Positions 24,552 to 33,600 of a DNA stretch of 33,600 nucleotides are shown one piece after another. Position 1 is the stretch's first letter, and each line of letters opens with the position of its first letter. Position numbers and translations under genes: made by a program. The notes under the pieces were generated by a model, which was given only the letters and a program-made list of their open reading frames with translations, had not been told where the DNA came from and did no database searches. Source of the DNA: Octopus bimaculoides (Eukaryota); NCBI RefSeq assembly GCF_001194135.2, contig NC_068983.1, positions 148,121,299 through 148,154,898 on the forward strand. The letters are read 5' to 3'.

Positions 24552-24713
24552 ATATCGTCCGTCTTTATGTTCTGAGATTGAATTCTGCAGAGTTCGATTT
24601 TGCCTTTTGACCTTTCAGGTCGACAAAATAAACGCAGTTTGATCACTAGGATCGATGTAATCGACTTACTCTCTCCGCACGAACATGCTGGCCGTGTGCC
24701 AAAATTTGAAACC
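24552..24713 (+). mobile_element. 5'-truncated SINE family B relative
   Basis: GTCTTTATGTTCTGAG...TTTTGCCTTTT...GGATCGATGTAATCGACT...GTGTGCCAAAATTTGAAACC followed by (ATT)n. Confidence 0.7.
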
Positions 24714-24730
24714 ATTATTATTATTATTAA

Positions 24731-24940
24731 GGCGGTAAACTGGCAGAATCGTCAGCCCGCCGGGCAAAATGTTTAGCGGCATTTCGTCTTTCCATTCTGG
24801 GATCAAATTCCGCCGCGGTCAAATTTGCCTTTCATCCTTTCGAGGTCGATAAATTAAGTACCAGTGAAACACTGGGTTTGATGGAATTAAATAGTTTCAT
24901 CTCCCGAAATTTCAGGCCATGTGCCTTAATAGAAAGAATT
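24731..24940 (+). mobile_element. tRNA-derived SINE family B (near full length)
   Basis: A-box-like TGGCAGAATCG, B-box-like GGATCAAATTCC, shared core TTGCCTTTCATCCTTTCGAGGTCGATAAATTAAGTACCAG, and (ATT)n tail. Confidence 0.88.
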
Positions 24941-24947
24941 ATTATTA

Positions 24948-25103
24948 TTTGATGAAGACTATTAGCTTATTTTGCTGGGTATGATTGAAAATGTCAGGTG
25001 TCCACAGCCGGCAGACTAAGATGACACTTGTTTACTGGTTATGCTTCAAGAACCCGCGAAGAATTATTGCAGTTCCAAGTAAATATGATTTTTGTAGGTG
25101 TTC

Positions 25104-25104
<1 letters not shown>
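24948..25104 (-). mobile_element. Very short 3' end of a second R4-like subfamily
   Basis: Minus frame EHLQKSYLLGTAIILRGFLKHNQ* followed by a 3' UTR unlike that of 22414/33271; (TAA)n on both sides. Confidence 0.7.
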
Positions 25105-25165
<61 letters not shown>

Positions 25166-25589
25166 GCACGGTGACTGATATCAGTAATGCATCAATTTGA
25201 AAACAGCCTCAGTGTTACTCTACAGTGATCGGTAGAACAATTACTTACAAGCCGGTTGAGTCAACTTCAATTCACACAAATTGTTTGTCCTGATACTAAA
25301 GCTACATATCAGTAAGAATTATTATTCATTATCATGGCTCTGGTTTTAATTGTTCTGCTGATATATGAACGCTAATATGACCGATCTTATAAATGTGTGA
25401 CTACAATACAAGGCTACAAAACATTTGACGGCACCGCTAATATTACTACCATCATCGCCGGCAACCACTACAAGGCCTCACACCAACGCCTGAATCACTA
25501 AATTATTAAAAACACCACCTATATCATTGCACTAACAACCCCCATCTCCTTTCAATAAAGGGAGACACAACCCCAAGTATCCACGACCA

Positions 25590-25622
25590 CCACCACCTCC
25601 ACGTGGTCATCATTATCATCAT

Positions 25623-25667
<45 letters not shown>

Positions 25668-25678
25668 CAACAGCGGCA
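25590..25678. repeat. Compound (CAC)/(CAT)n/(CAG)n microsatellite
   Basis: Direct reading. No splice or ORF context supporting a poly-Q exon. Confidence 0.9.
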
Positions 25679-26124
25679 TTATGATCAGGAAAATGACAAT
25701 AATACATCAAACTAACTATATCCAGTTATTTGTCTCCCTGGAAAAGTATTCAGTATTTAACACTCACAAGCTTATTAAATGTGACAGCTGGTGTTTCTGC
25801 CCTTACTCTTGTTGTTGTTAGATTTGAATTTTTGTTGTTGAAATTGTTAGTGATGTGGTGGTTATGGTGTTTCTTTCCTTAATCTTGTTCTAAGCATCCT
25901 ACTCATCGATCAAAACAAACCAGAGAGATAGATACAAACAACATCGCCAATACAAATAAACAGTCAGATAATGAGACAGGTGTAACATCGCATTCTCCTA
26001 GACTTAGGTGTCTACGTGTGTGAGTGTTTGTGCGTCTATATTGCATGTGTGTTGTGTTTAGTTGTGTCAGTGTGTGAGAATACACACGCACATATCTATA
26101 TCTGTGTATTTATATATAAACATA

Positions 26125-27000
26125 CGTAATCTGGTCAATAAGTATCCGGACTGTTGCAATAGTAACGAAGCTAAAACATGCAGAGTGAAACCGCTTAGCA
26201 CATATTGACCTTGAACGCTAATGTGCGTGTGCACTAAGTTTTAATGTTCTAGCTCACTTCTGCTGTTTACAGCAGTGCTTGCAAGGAAGGTGTGTAGCAT
26301 GTGTTCGTTGCATTGACTATGACTGAGAAAGTTGAGTAGAGAATCTGCATCAAATTTTGCCCGAGTTTTGGCGATACCTGCTCAGTGGCCCACGCAAAGT
26401 TTTCAAGTTTTCATCGTTCTCGACATAATCAAGGATATCTTGGGCAACTTAAACCCGAGTGTCCTTTTTGGTCAGATGAAAGCAATTTTGGCACAAGCTT
26501 GGCAGACACGCGTCTCTTACCCAAATCTTCAGTGAAAATGGACTGAACTGAATCGTAACTAATCTACATATCCTCTGATAACTTATGGATGGTGATTCAA
26601 CTATTTCCCCTCACAAATTCATGCACATCTGCATTTTTCTCAGTTCTATTGGTTGCAAGTCTCCCAGAACGTTCGTCACTATCGACACGTTCTCGGCCAG
26701 CTTGGAAACGTCTGAACCACTCGTACAGTTGTGTGCAGCTCATGCATTTCCTGCTACTTTGTGTAGGCCTCTAAGCAGGTATCGCCGGGACAACTTATTC
26801 TGTCATGGTCAATGCGACAATCACACGCAACACATCTTCCTTCTCAGCACTGCTGTAAACAGCGGAAGTGAGCTAAAACGTTAAACCTTAGTGCACAAGC
26901 ACAACAAAGTCCAAGGTCAATCTTTGTCTAGCGACTTCACCCTGCGTGCTTTAGCTTCGTTGCTATGGCAACAATCCGGATACTTATTAATTAGACCTCG
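26125..27000. mobile_element. Mariner (Tc1/mariner)-derived foldback element with long inverted arms
   Basis: TA at 26123-24 and 27001-02; termini CGTAATCTGGTCAATAAGTATCCGGA and (reverse complement) CGAGGTCTAATTAATAAGTATCCGGA. Arms 26125-26400 and 26756-27000 are homologous in inverted orientation and both lead into a transposase start. Confidence 0.88.
26401..26806 (-). pseudogene. Mariner transposase N-terminal (HTH) remnant
   Basis: Minus frame YEWFRRFQAGRERVDSDERSGR...EDLGKRRVSAKLVPKLLSSDQK (WVP-type linker motif) with in-frame stops; no DD34D domain. Confidence 0.85.
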
Positions 27001-27039
27001 TACATGTGTGCAAACATTCACAAAAACGCACGAACATAT

Positions 27040-27042
27040 CTC

Positions 27043-27075
<33 letters not shown>

Positions 27076-27156
27076 TTATCTATCTATCTATCTGTCTGTC
27101 TGTCTGTCTGCTTGTCTGTCTATTCATCTATCTCCCACCTTCTCTTTCTCTTTCTT

Positions 27157-27222
<66 letters not shown>
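27040..27222. repeat. Compound (TATC)n-(TGTC)n-(TC)n microsatellite
   Basis: Direct reading. Confidence 0.93.
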
Positions 27223-27998
27223 ACTATATATATATAATTACAGACGTCGCTCGCAATCGCGTGTCCTTTCACTAATTGCTGTAAGTGCCCACCCAGTCGG
27301 TCATCCCAATGTTGACCCAACAGAACCTCCAGAAAATAGCAGTTACATTTAGAGAGGTTTTACTGACTAGCTGGTTTATTTATCAATCCCAAAAGAATAC
27401 TAAGCAATACTAATATATACATGTGTTATATGAACTTAACAGTACAAATGCATATAGTGATTGCTGCAACTTCACAAATAATTTCCGTCTTCTTAAGCTT
27501 CTTAGTTATCAAAGAGATTTCTGACACTGTATGGCCTGAAGCTTAGGTAACTGACAAAAGCTGTGACTTATTGTGCACTTCCAACTGATTAGATCTGAAC
27601 ATGTGGCCACTCTTCTATTGCCATAGATTTTTCAGATGGAATGACAATTGAAGTCATGATAAAGAGACACATTGAACGTCATTGGATTATAGTAATACAA
27701 GCTTGAACAACACGAATATCCGTGATTAGTACCTAGTGACTGGTCGACACGAAATGACAAGTAGTCACGGTGAACCGTACGTTTCATCCAGTAGTGAGGC
27801 TCTTGTTAGGAAGTTTCAGGACTATGAGTAAATCAAAAACGCCTTTAGCCATTATTGTTTCCATCTCTACTGTACGCGGTGTAGTAGCAACTGTCAGGGA
27901 CCTTTAGCTCTTTTCGCATACATACATACACACATACATATATACATACATACATGCATGCATGCATGCATTCGTGCATACGTGTGTGTGTGTGTGTG

Positions 27999-28300
27999 AA
28001 GGTGCATGGATCAGTAGTTAGGGTGTTGCACTCACGATTGCGAGATCGTGGGTTCGATTCCCAAACCGGGGGCGTTGCGTTGTGTTCTTGAGCAAAGCAC
28101 TTCATTTCACGTTGCTCTACGATCGCTTCTACATCTGACATGTGACACCCGTTGCACCCGTACAGGTAATGTCGATTTGATGGAGGGAGTGAACTTATGT
28201 CTGCACAAACATTTGATCACTATAAATAAATCATATGTGTGGTTGTTCTCTAAGAATTTGTCGAACCCTCATACGTCATCTAACGACGTGAGAGTCCATC
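27999..28300 (+). mobile_element. tRNA-derived SINE family C
   Basis: A-box-like TGGATCAGTAGTTAGG, B-box GGTTCGATTCC, then GTGTTCTTGAGCAAAGCACTT CORE-like block. The 3' boundary is approximate. Confidence 0.7.
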
Positions 28301-28309
28301 GTATATATA

Positions 28310-28331
28310 TATGAGAGAGAGAGGGATAGAG

Positions 28332-28408
<77 letters not shown>

Positions 28409-28675
28409 TNNNNNNNNNNNNNNNNNNNNNNNNNNNNNNNNNNNNNNNNNNNNNNNNNNNNNNNNNNNNNNNNNNNNNNNNNNNNNNNNNNNNNNNNNNN
28501 NNNNNNNNNNNNNNNNNNNNNNNNNNNNNNNNNNNNNNNNNNNNNNNNNNNNNNNNNNNNNNNNNNNNNNNNNNNNNNNNNNNNNNNNNNNNNNNNNNNN
28601 NNNNNNNNNNNNNNNNNNNNNNNNNNNNNNNNNNNNNNNNNNNNNNNNNNNNNNNNNNNNNNNNNNNNNNNNNNN

Positions 28676-28713
<38 letters not shown>

Positions 28714-28770
28714 AACAGAGAGACAGAGACAGAAAGACAGAGAGACAGAGGGAGACAGACAGACAAACAG
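28310..28770. repeat. (GA)n/(GATA)n/(GACA)n microsatellite complex spanning a gap
   Basis: Direct reading. Confidence 0.92.
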
Positions 28771-29142
28771 AGAAGAGAGTCAAGAGGTGAGATCCTGAAA
28801 TTTTCGATATAGAAAACACGTAGTAGTTCTGAAATGAGTTGAACTTACATTACGAAGTCTTAATCGAGGACTAAGTACGTAGGTTCAAGAGTGGTTATAA
28901 GAGAAGTCCTGTTCAACTGATAAGGAGATGGTGATGTAAGTAAACACGCTAGGGCTTCATATATAAAATATGCATCCATACATATACACATGTCAGGATA
29001 TATATAGGGATATATAGAGAGAGAAACAAAAAACTGGAAATATTCAGACGACCACTCGTGTGTAAGGATTCAGATATTTATATATTTAAAGAAGAAATTT
29101 ACATGGAATACAAAAATAAATTTATTCTTTAAATATATAAAG

Positions 29143-29178
<36 letters not shown>

Positions 29179-31272
29179 NNNNNNNNNNNNNNNNNNNNNN
29201 NNNNNNNNNNNNNNNNNNNNNNNNNNNNNNNNNNNNNNNNNNNNNNNNNNNNNNNNNNNNNNNNNNNNNNNNNNNNNNNNNNNNNNNNNNNNNNNNNNNN
29301 NNNNNNNNNNNNNNNNNNNNNNNNNNNNNNNNNNNNNNNNNNNNNNNNNNNNNNNNNNNNNNNNNNNNNNNNNNNNNNNNNNNNNNNNNNNNNNNNNNNN
29401 NNNNNNNNNNNNNNNNNNNNNNNNNNNNNNNNNNNNNNNNNNNNNNNNNNNNNNNNNNNNNNNNNNNNNNNNNNNNNNNNNNNNNNNNNNNNNNNNNNNN
29501 NNNNNNNNNNNNNNNNNNNNNNNNNNNNNNNNNNNNNNNNNNNNNNNNNNNNNNNNNNNNNNNNNNNNNNNNNNNNNNNNNNNNNNNNNNNNNNNNNNNN
29601 NNNNNNNNNNNNNNNNNNNNNNNNNNNNNNNNNNNNNNNNNNNNNNNNNNNNNNNNNNNNNNNNNNNNNNNNNNNNNNNNNNNNNNNNNNNNNNNNNNNN
29701 NNNNNNNNNNNNNNNNNNNNNNNNNNNNNNNNNNNNNNNNNNNNNNNNNNNNNNNNNNNNNNNNNNNNNNNNNNNNNNNNNNNNNNNNNNNNNNNNNNNN
29801 NNNNNNNNNNNNNNNNNNNNNNNNNNNNNNNNNNNNNNNNNNNNNNNNNNNNNNNNNNNNNNNNNNNNNNNNNNNNNNNNNNNNNNNNNNNNNNNNNNNN
29901 NNNNNNNNNNNNNNNNNNNNNNNNNNNNNNNNNNNNNNNNNNNNNNNNNNNNNNNNNNNNNNNNNNNNNNNNNNNGTGTGTGTATGTATGTATGTATGTA
30001 TGTATGTATGTATGTATGATAAGATTGTCACGCTTTGATGTCCACAAAACTGATGCGACGTGGTAATGTATATGTGTTTCAGAGAGAGAGGGGGGGATGA
30101 AAGAAAGAAAGAGAGAGAGATACACACTCACGCACAAAAGCGCGCTCGCGTGCGGATTTCACATTTAAGTTAAAGTTATCAGTGTCTAAGTTATATGCAA
30201 TCACTTACACTCTAATTTCTTAAGTAATCAAGTTCAGTTGATCGAACAACTGCGAAAAACATCGCAGAACTACGGAGGATCTTCACTTTTAGAATATTTT
30301 CCTACCAAAGTAACACAAAATCTCATATATGCACACACGCACACACATACAAAAATTACAGAGACGAACAGACGTACCCAAACACAGATGCACAGTCTTG
30401 CACTAACAAATCGCACACACTAGTACATAGAGAGATAAATAGATCGATCGTTAGATAAACAGACTGACAGAATGATAGGTATATGTCTGTCTGACGGTCT
30501 TGTAGTGTATTTATCTGTATGCAGAAGAGTGACTATTCCTAATATACTTACATCTTACATTTATACAACCAGCTTTCAGTGTGTTTGTACGCAGATGTAT
30601 GTATGTATGTATGTATGTATGTATGTATGTATGTATGTATGTTTATATGCACATATATACTTGTTTGGTCACTTAATGATAACACTTTCTGGGGAATCAA
30701 TCATTCAACCATATAACCGTAAGTTTAACGTTTATAGACGTTTGATATACATATATCTACTGAAAGTGATCTATCATGACGTATTAATAAGGTTCGTGGT
30801 GATCGAGAGACAAAAAAATTCTACATATCAACAGCGATCAATTGAATATATTTTGCTAAGGACTTTCAGGCTGCTATGGACAACTTCTTCAAACATCTGG
30901 TCTAGCAGGGCAACTGATAGGAATGGAGATATTGCCAGTTCGGATTTAACTGTTGAGATATGGTAGCATCGTCATCCGAGATCGTCTAATAAGCAGGCAT
31001 TCTTCCAATGTCAACTGCTGTCATAGGAAGGACGAGTTCCGCTACTGGCGTAGTCCACTGCGGCCAAAGAGAATATGTGATAAAAGCTGAACATGAACAC
31101 CTTCCTCTTCAACCAGCATCGTATTGACTTCAACAAGTTCTGCTTGATGCGGAAGTTAAGGCTGGACAATGAAGTGCCCCCTTCTAGTGAATTTGTTGGA
31201 CGTTGGGGGCAAATAGTTTGGCTAGCAAACATGAGTGTGACAATAATCAGCATGTTATATTTCGTAGTCCAA

Positions 31273-31455
31273 AGGCGGTGAGCTAGCAGAAACGTTAGCA
31301 TGCCGGGAGAAATGCTTAGTGGTATTTCGTTTGTCTTTACGTTCTGAGTTCAAATTCCGCCGAGGTCAACTTTGTCTTTCATCCTTTCAGGGTCGATAAA
31401 TTAAGTACCAGTTGTGTACTGGGGTCGATGTAATCGACTTAATCCCCTCCTTCAA
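31273..31455 (+). mobile_element. tRNA-derived SINE family B
   Basis: AGGCGGTGAGCTAGCAGAAACGTTAGC...GAGTTCAAATTCCGCCGAGG...GGGGTCGATGTAATCGACT. Confidence 0.88.
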
Positions 31456-31492
31456 GCTACCCTAGTGGTAAAAATTATTATTGTTGTTGTTG

Positions 31493-31548
<56 letters not shown>

Positions 31549-31549
31549 T

Positions 31550-31721
31550 GGAGAGCTGACAGAATCATTAGTTTGCCGCACAAAATCCTTGGCGGTATTT
31601 CGTCGGGCTCTACCTTTCATCCTTTCGGTGTGGATAAAACAAGGATCAACTGAACACTGCGGTCCATGTAATCGACTCTTCTCTCCCCCAAAATTGCTGC
31701 CGTTTTGAAAAAATTTGAAAC
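31550..31721 (+). mobile_element. SINE family B relative (deleted)
   Basis: GAGCTGACAGAATCATTAG...GCGGTATTTCGTC...TTTCATCCTTTCGG...GTAATCGACT...AAAATTTGAAAC followed by (TTA)n. Confidence 0.7.
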
Positions 31722-31754
31722 TATTATTATTATTATTTTTATTATTATTATTAT

Positions 31755-31785
<31 letters not shown>

Positions 31786-31818
31786 TGTTGTTGTTGTTGT
31801 TGTAACAGCAGCAGCAAC
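31722..31818. repeat. Compound (TTA)-(TAG)-(TTG)-(CAG) microsatellite
   Basis: Direct reading. Confidence 0.92.
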
Positions 31819-31829
31819 ATGATGCTTAC

Positions 31830-33170
31830 AAAATTTTCGTGAAAATTTATTTGGAGTATCATCAGAAGGAATCAAGATGTCTATCGAAATACTTTTGTTA
31901 TTGCTTTTGGTACTTATATTTGGTCAGTTTGTTGGGATCTTACCAGTTTGGACAGGTTTATCCCAGGTGGCCGATTTCATATATAGTGGTGTTTGATGCA
32001 TATTTATACAACTTATACATTTGCTTCTCGATAAACTGACCGATGGGCATAGCTACCGACTCGATCATGACTGAATATACTTGGTTTTCCCCAAAACAGA
32101 GAAAACTGGAAACAATGTAATCCTTTGTACTGAGAGCTCGTCGTTTTGTACTGATTGTTCAGTGGTCAACTTGATGTTAGCATGTTTTACATTATTAAAT
32201 ATCAGTAATCTTCTGTGGCTGATTTTACAGAACTTCTGAGCTGCATTTAGTTATAACTCTTGATAACTTCCATATTGAAGAATCTTTGAATTCTTGGCTT
32301 TAAACTGGTTTTCCTCTCCATATTTTCTTCGGTATATTTTGCAAATCTTTTTCTGATTTTCTCTTCTGGTTTTTAAACTTCTAGGTTGTGTTTCAATATA
32401 TAAATCTTTATTCTTCTGTGTCGTTTTTTAAATTTCTTCTTTCATATAGAGAGACACGTTTCTTTTTGTTTTACACATTTCTCCTTCTTACGCACCAATT
32501 TCTTTTTGTCTCGCTTTTAAGTGTTTCAAAATGTGTTATTTTGTAGGAGTCTCTATTAGTATCAGACCCTGTTAGCCTGTGTACAGAGCTGATACACTTT
32601 ACCTTTGTTGGCAGTGGTGTGGTGGCCTCCGAGCGCTGTTAGGAGATTGACTTTCTGACTTTATACTCGCTTTCCAATTTATTTTATTGAAACAGTATTT
32701 TATAACTAAGATCGTTAATGTAATTATACAGATTAACTTACTTTAAGGATTTAGTTCAATTTTTAATGTTAATCTAACATCTTCTTTACTAATTATTCTT
32801 TACTAAGTATTCTTTACTAATTCTTCTTTTTCATTTCACTGTGAAGCATCTTATCAATTCGATCTATTCCTAGTCATTAGTATTGATGTTTCTGAAGTAA
32901 CTTCGGATTTTGATTTCCATATCTAATTGAATGCTTTCAATTTTAGTAAATTTGCATCTTATTGTAGCTTTGGCACATCTTCATTCTATAAACTGACTGA
33001 ATTTTTAAACAATCTTTTGCAGATTTTCTAACAAGGTATTATAAATACTCTGCTTTTTTAAAATCACCCATTTAAAAGAGAACATTAAAGTTTAACTGTA
33101 GCTTCTAAATCCAATTTGCTACACGCGTCAGAATTAGGTAAAACAGTAAAAGTGATACAAGTCGTACTGG
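31830..33170 (-). mobile_element. Old R4-like RT-CCHC-RLE fossil
   Basis: Minus strand remnants: MGDFKK (YMDDLK-like), CAKATI, HDRVG, WDKPVQT, IDILIPSDD..KF. Colinear with the RT and CCHC part of 15160-16278; many stops. Confidence 0.7.
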
Positions 33171-33270
33171 GAGATTTCATTTTTTATGAGTATATGGCCT
33201 GTTTTGATTATCTGCAGTTGTAGTAATTAGTTAGATTCTTATTGCTGTTGTTGTTGATATAATTATTATT

Positions 33271-33600
33271 GTTCAGTAGTTTTATTTTTATAACGTGCTT
33301 TCACTTCACTACCGAGCGCAGCTCTGTGCGCCTTGGGTATGTGCTGTGGTTTGCTGTGGTGCTCTTATGTTTACTGTATTGAAAGTGTTTTGCGTAGAAT
33401 GTGTGCAGTACCCAGTAGTGCAATTTTCTGTGTGTTGTATATATTTGTAAGTCCTGGTGTTTTTGTTACGTATTTGTCTGAATATTTTTTTATTATACCT
33501 AAGGCACCTACTATGATAGGAATTGTTTCTGTTTTTAGATTCCACATTCGAGTTATCTCTATTACCAGGTCTTTGTATTTTGACAGTTTTTCCATTTCTT
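33271..33600 (-). mobile_element. R4/Dong-like retrotransposon 3' end (young family; continues beyond the window)
   Basis: ORF 33371-33595: EKLSKYKDLVIEITRMWNLKTETIPIIVGALGIIKK...LLGTAHILRKTLSIQ, the C-terminal part of an RLE; 3' UTR ends in AATAATAAT. Confidence 0.93.

Noticed and set aside
25590-25680. (CAG)n run as a poly-Q or poly-S coding exon
   Set aside because: Part of a compound microsatellite with no splice signals or coding context.
27545-27615. Loose similarity to the right end of the 21804-22355 element
   Set aside because: Only short word matches such as CACTTCCAA; cannot be separated from chance without an alignment statistic.
27999-28075. Possible tRNA gene
   Set aside because: A and B boxes are present but there is no proper cloverleaf or terminator, and it continues into a SINE body.

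Overview
AT-rich, repeat-dense eukaryotic non-coding DNA from a draft assembly, with N-gaps at 3247-3691, 7452-7588, 13245-13492, 19174-19710, 22835-22844, 28410-28675 and 29179-29975. The SINE sequences look like those I recall from octopus/coleoid genomes; this is inference and was not checked. No intact protein-coding gene is visible, and most ORFs in the track are microsatellite or N artefacts. The window holds: (1) about eight decayed fragments of R4/Dong-like RLE non-LTR retrotransposons sitting in (TAA)n tracts, (2) three families of tRNA-derived SINEs, (3) a mariner-derived foldback element made of two inward-facing 5' ends, (4) many simple and compound microsatellites, and (5) a GC-rich island at about 12.57-12.83 kb with exon-like splice signals. 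The most notable signal is a non-coding ~345-nt repeat unit present twice in inverted orientation (3692-3988 and 19711-20027). The two copies are circular permutations of each other, both abut assembly gaps, and one contains a type I hammerhead ribozyme fold (19817-19876) with a palindromic stem III. This is the architecture of a non-LTR retrozyme or Penelope-like tandem repeat. The visible hammerhead has one core deviation (U4C), so activity of this copy is uncertain.
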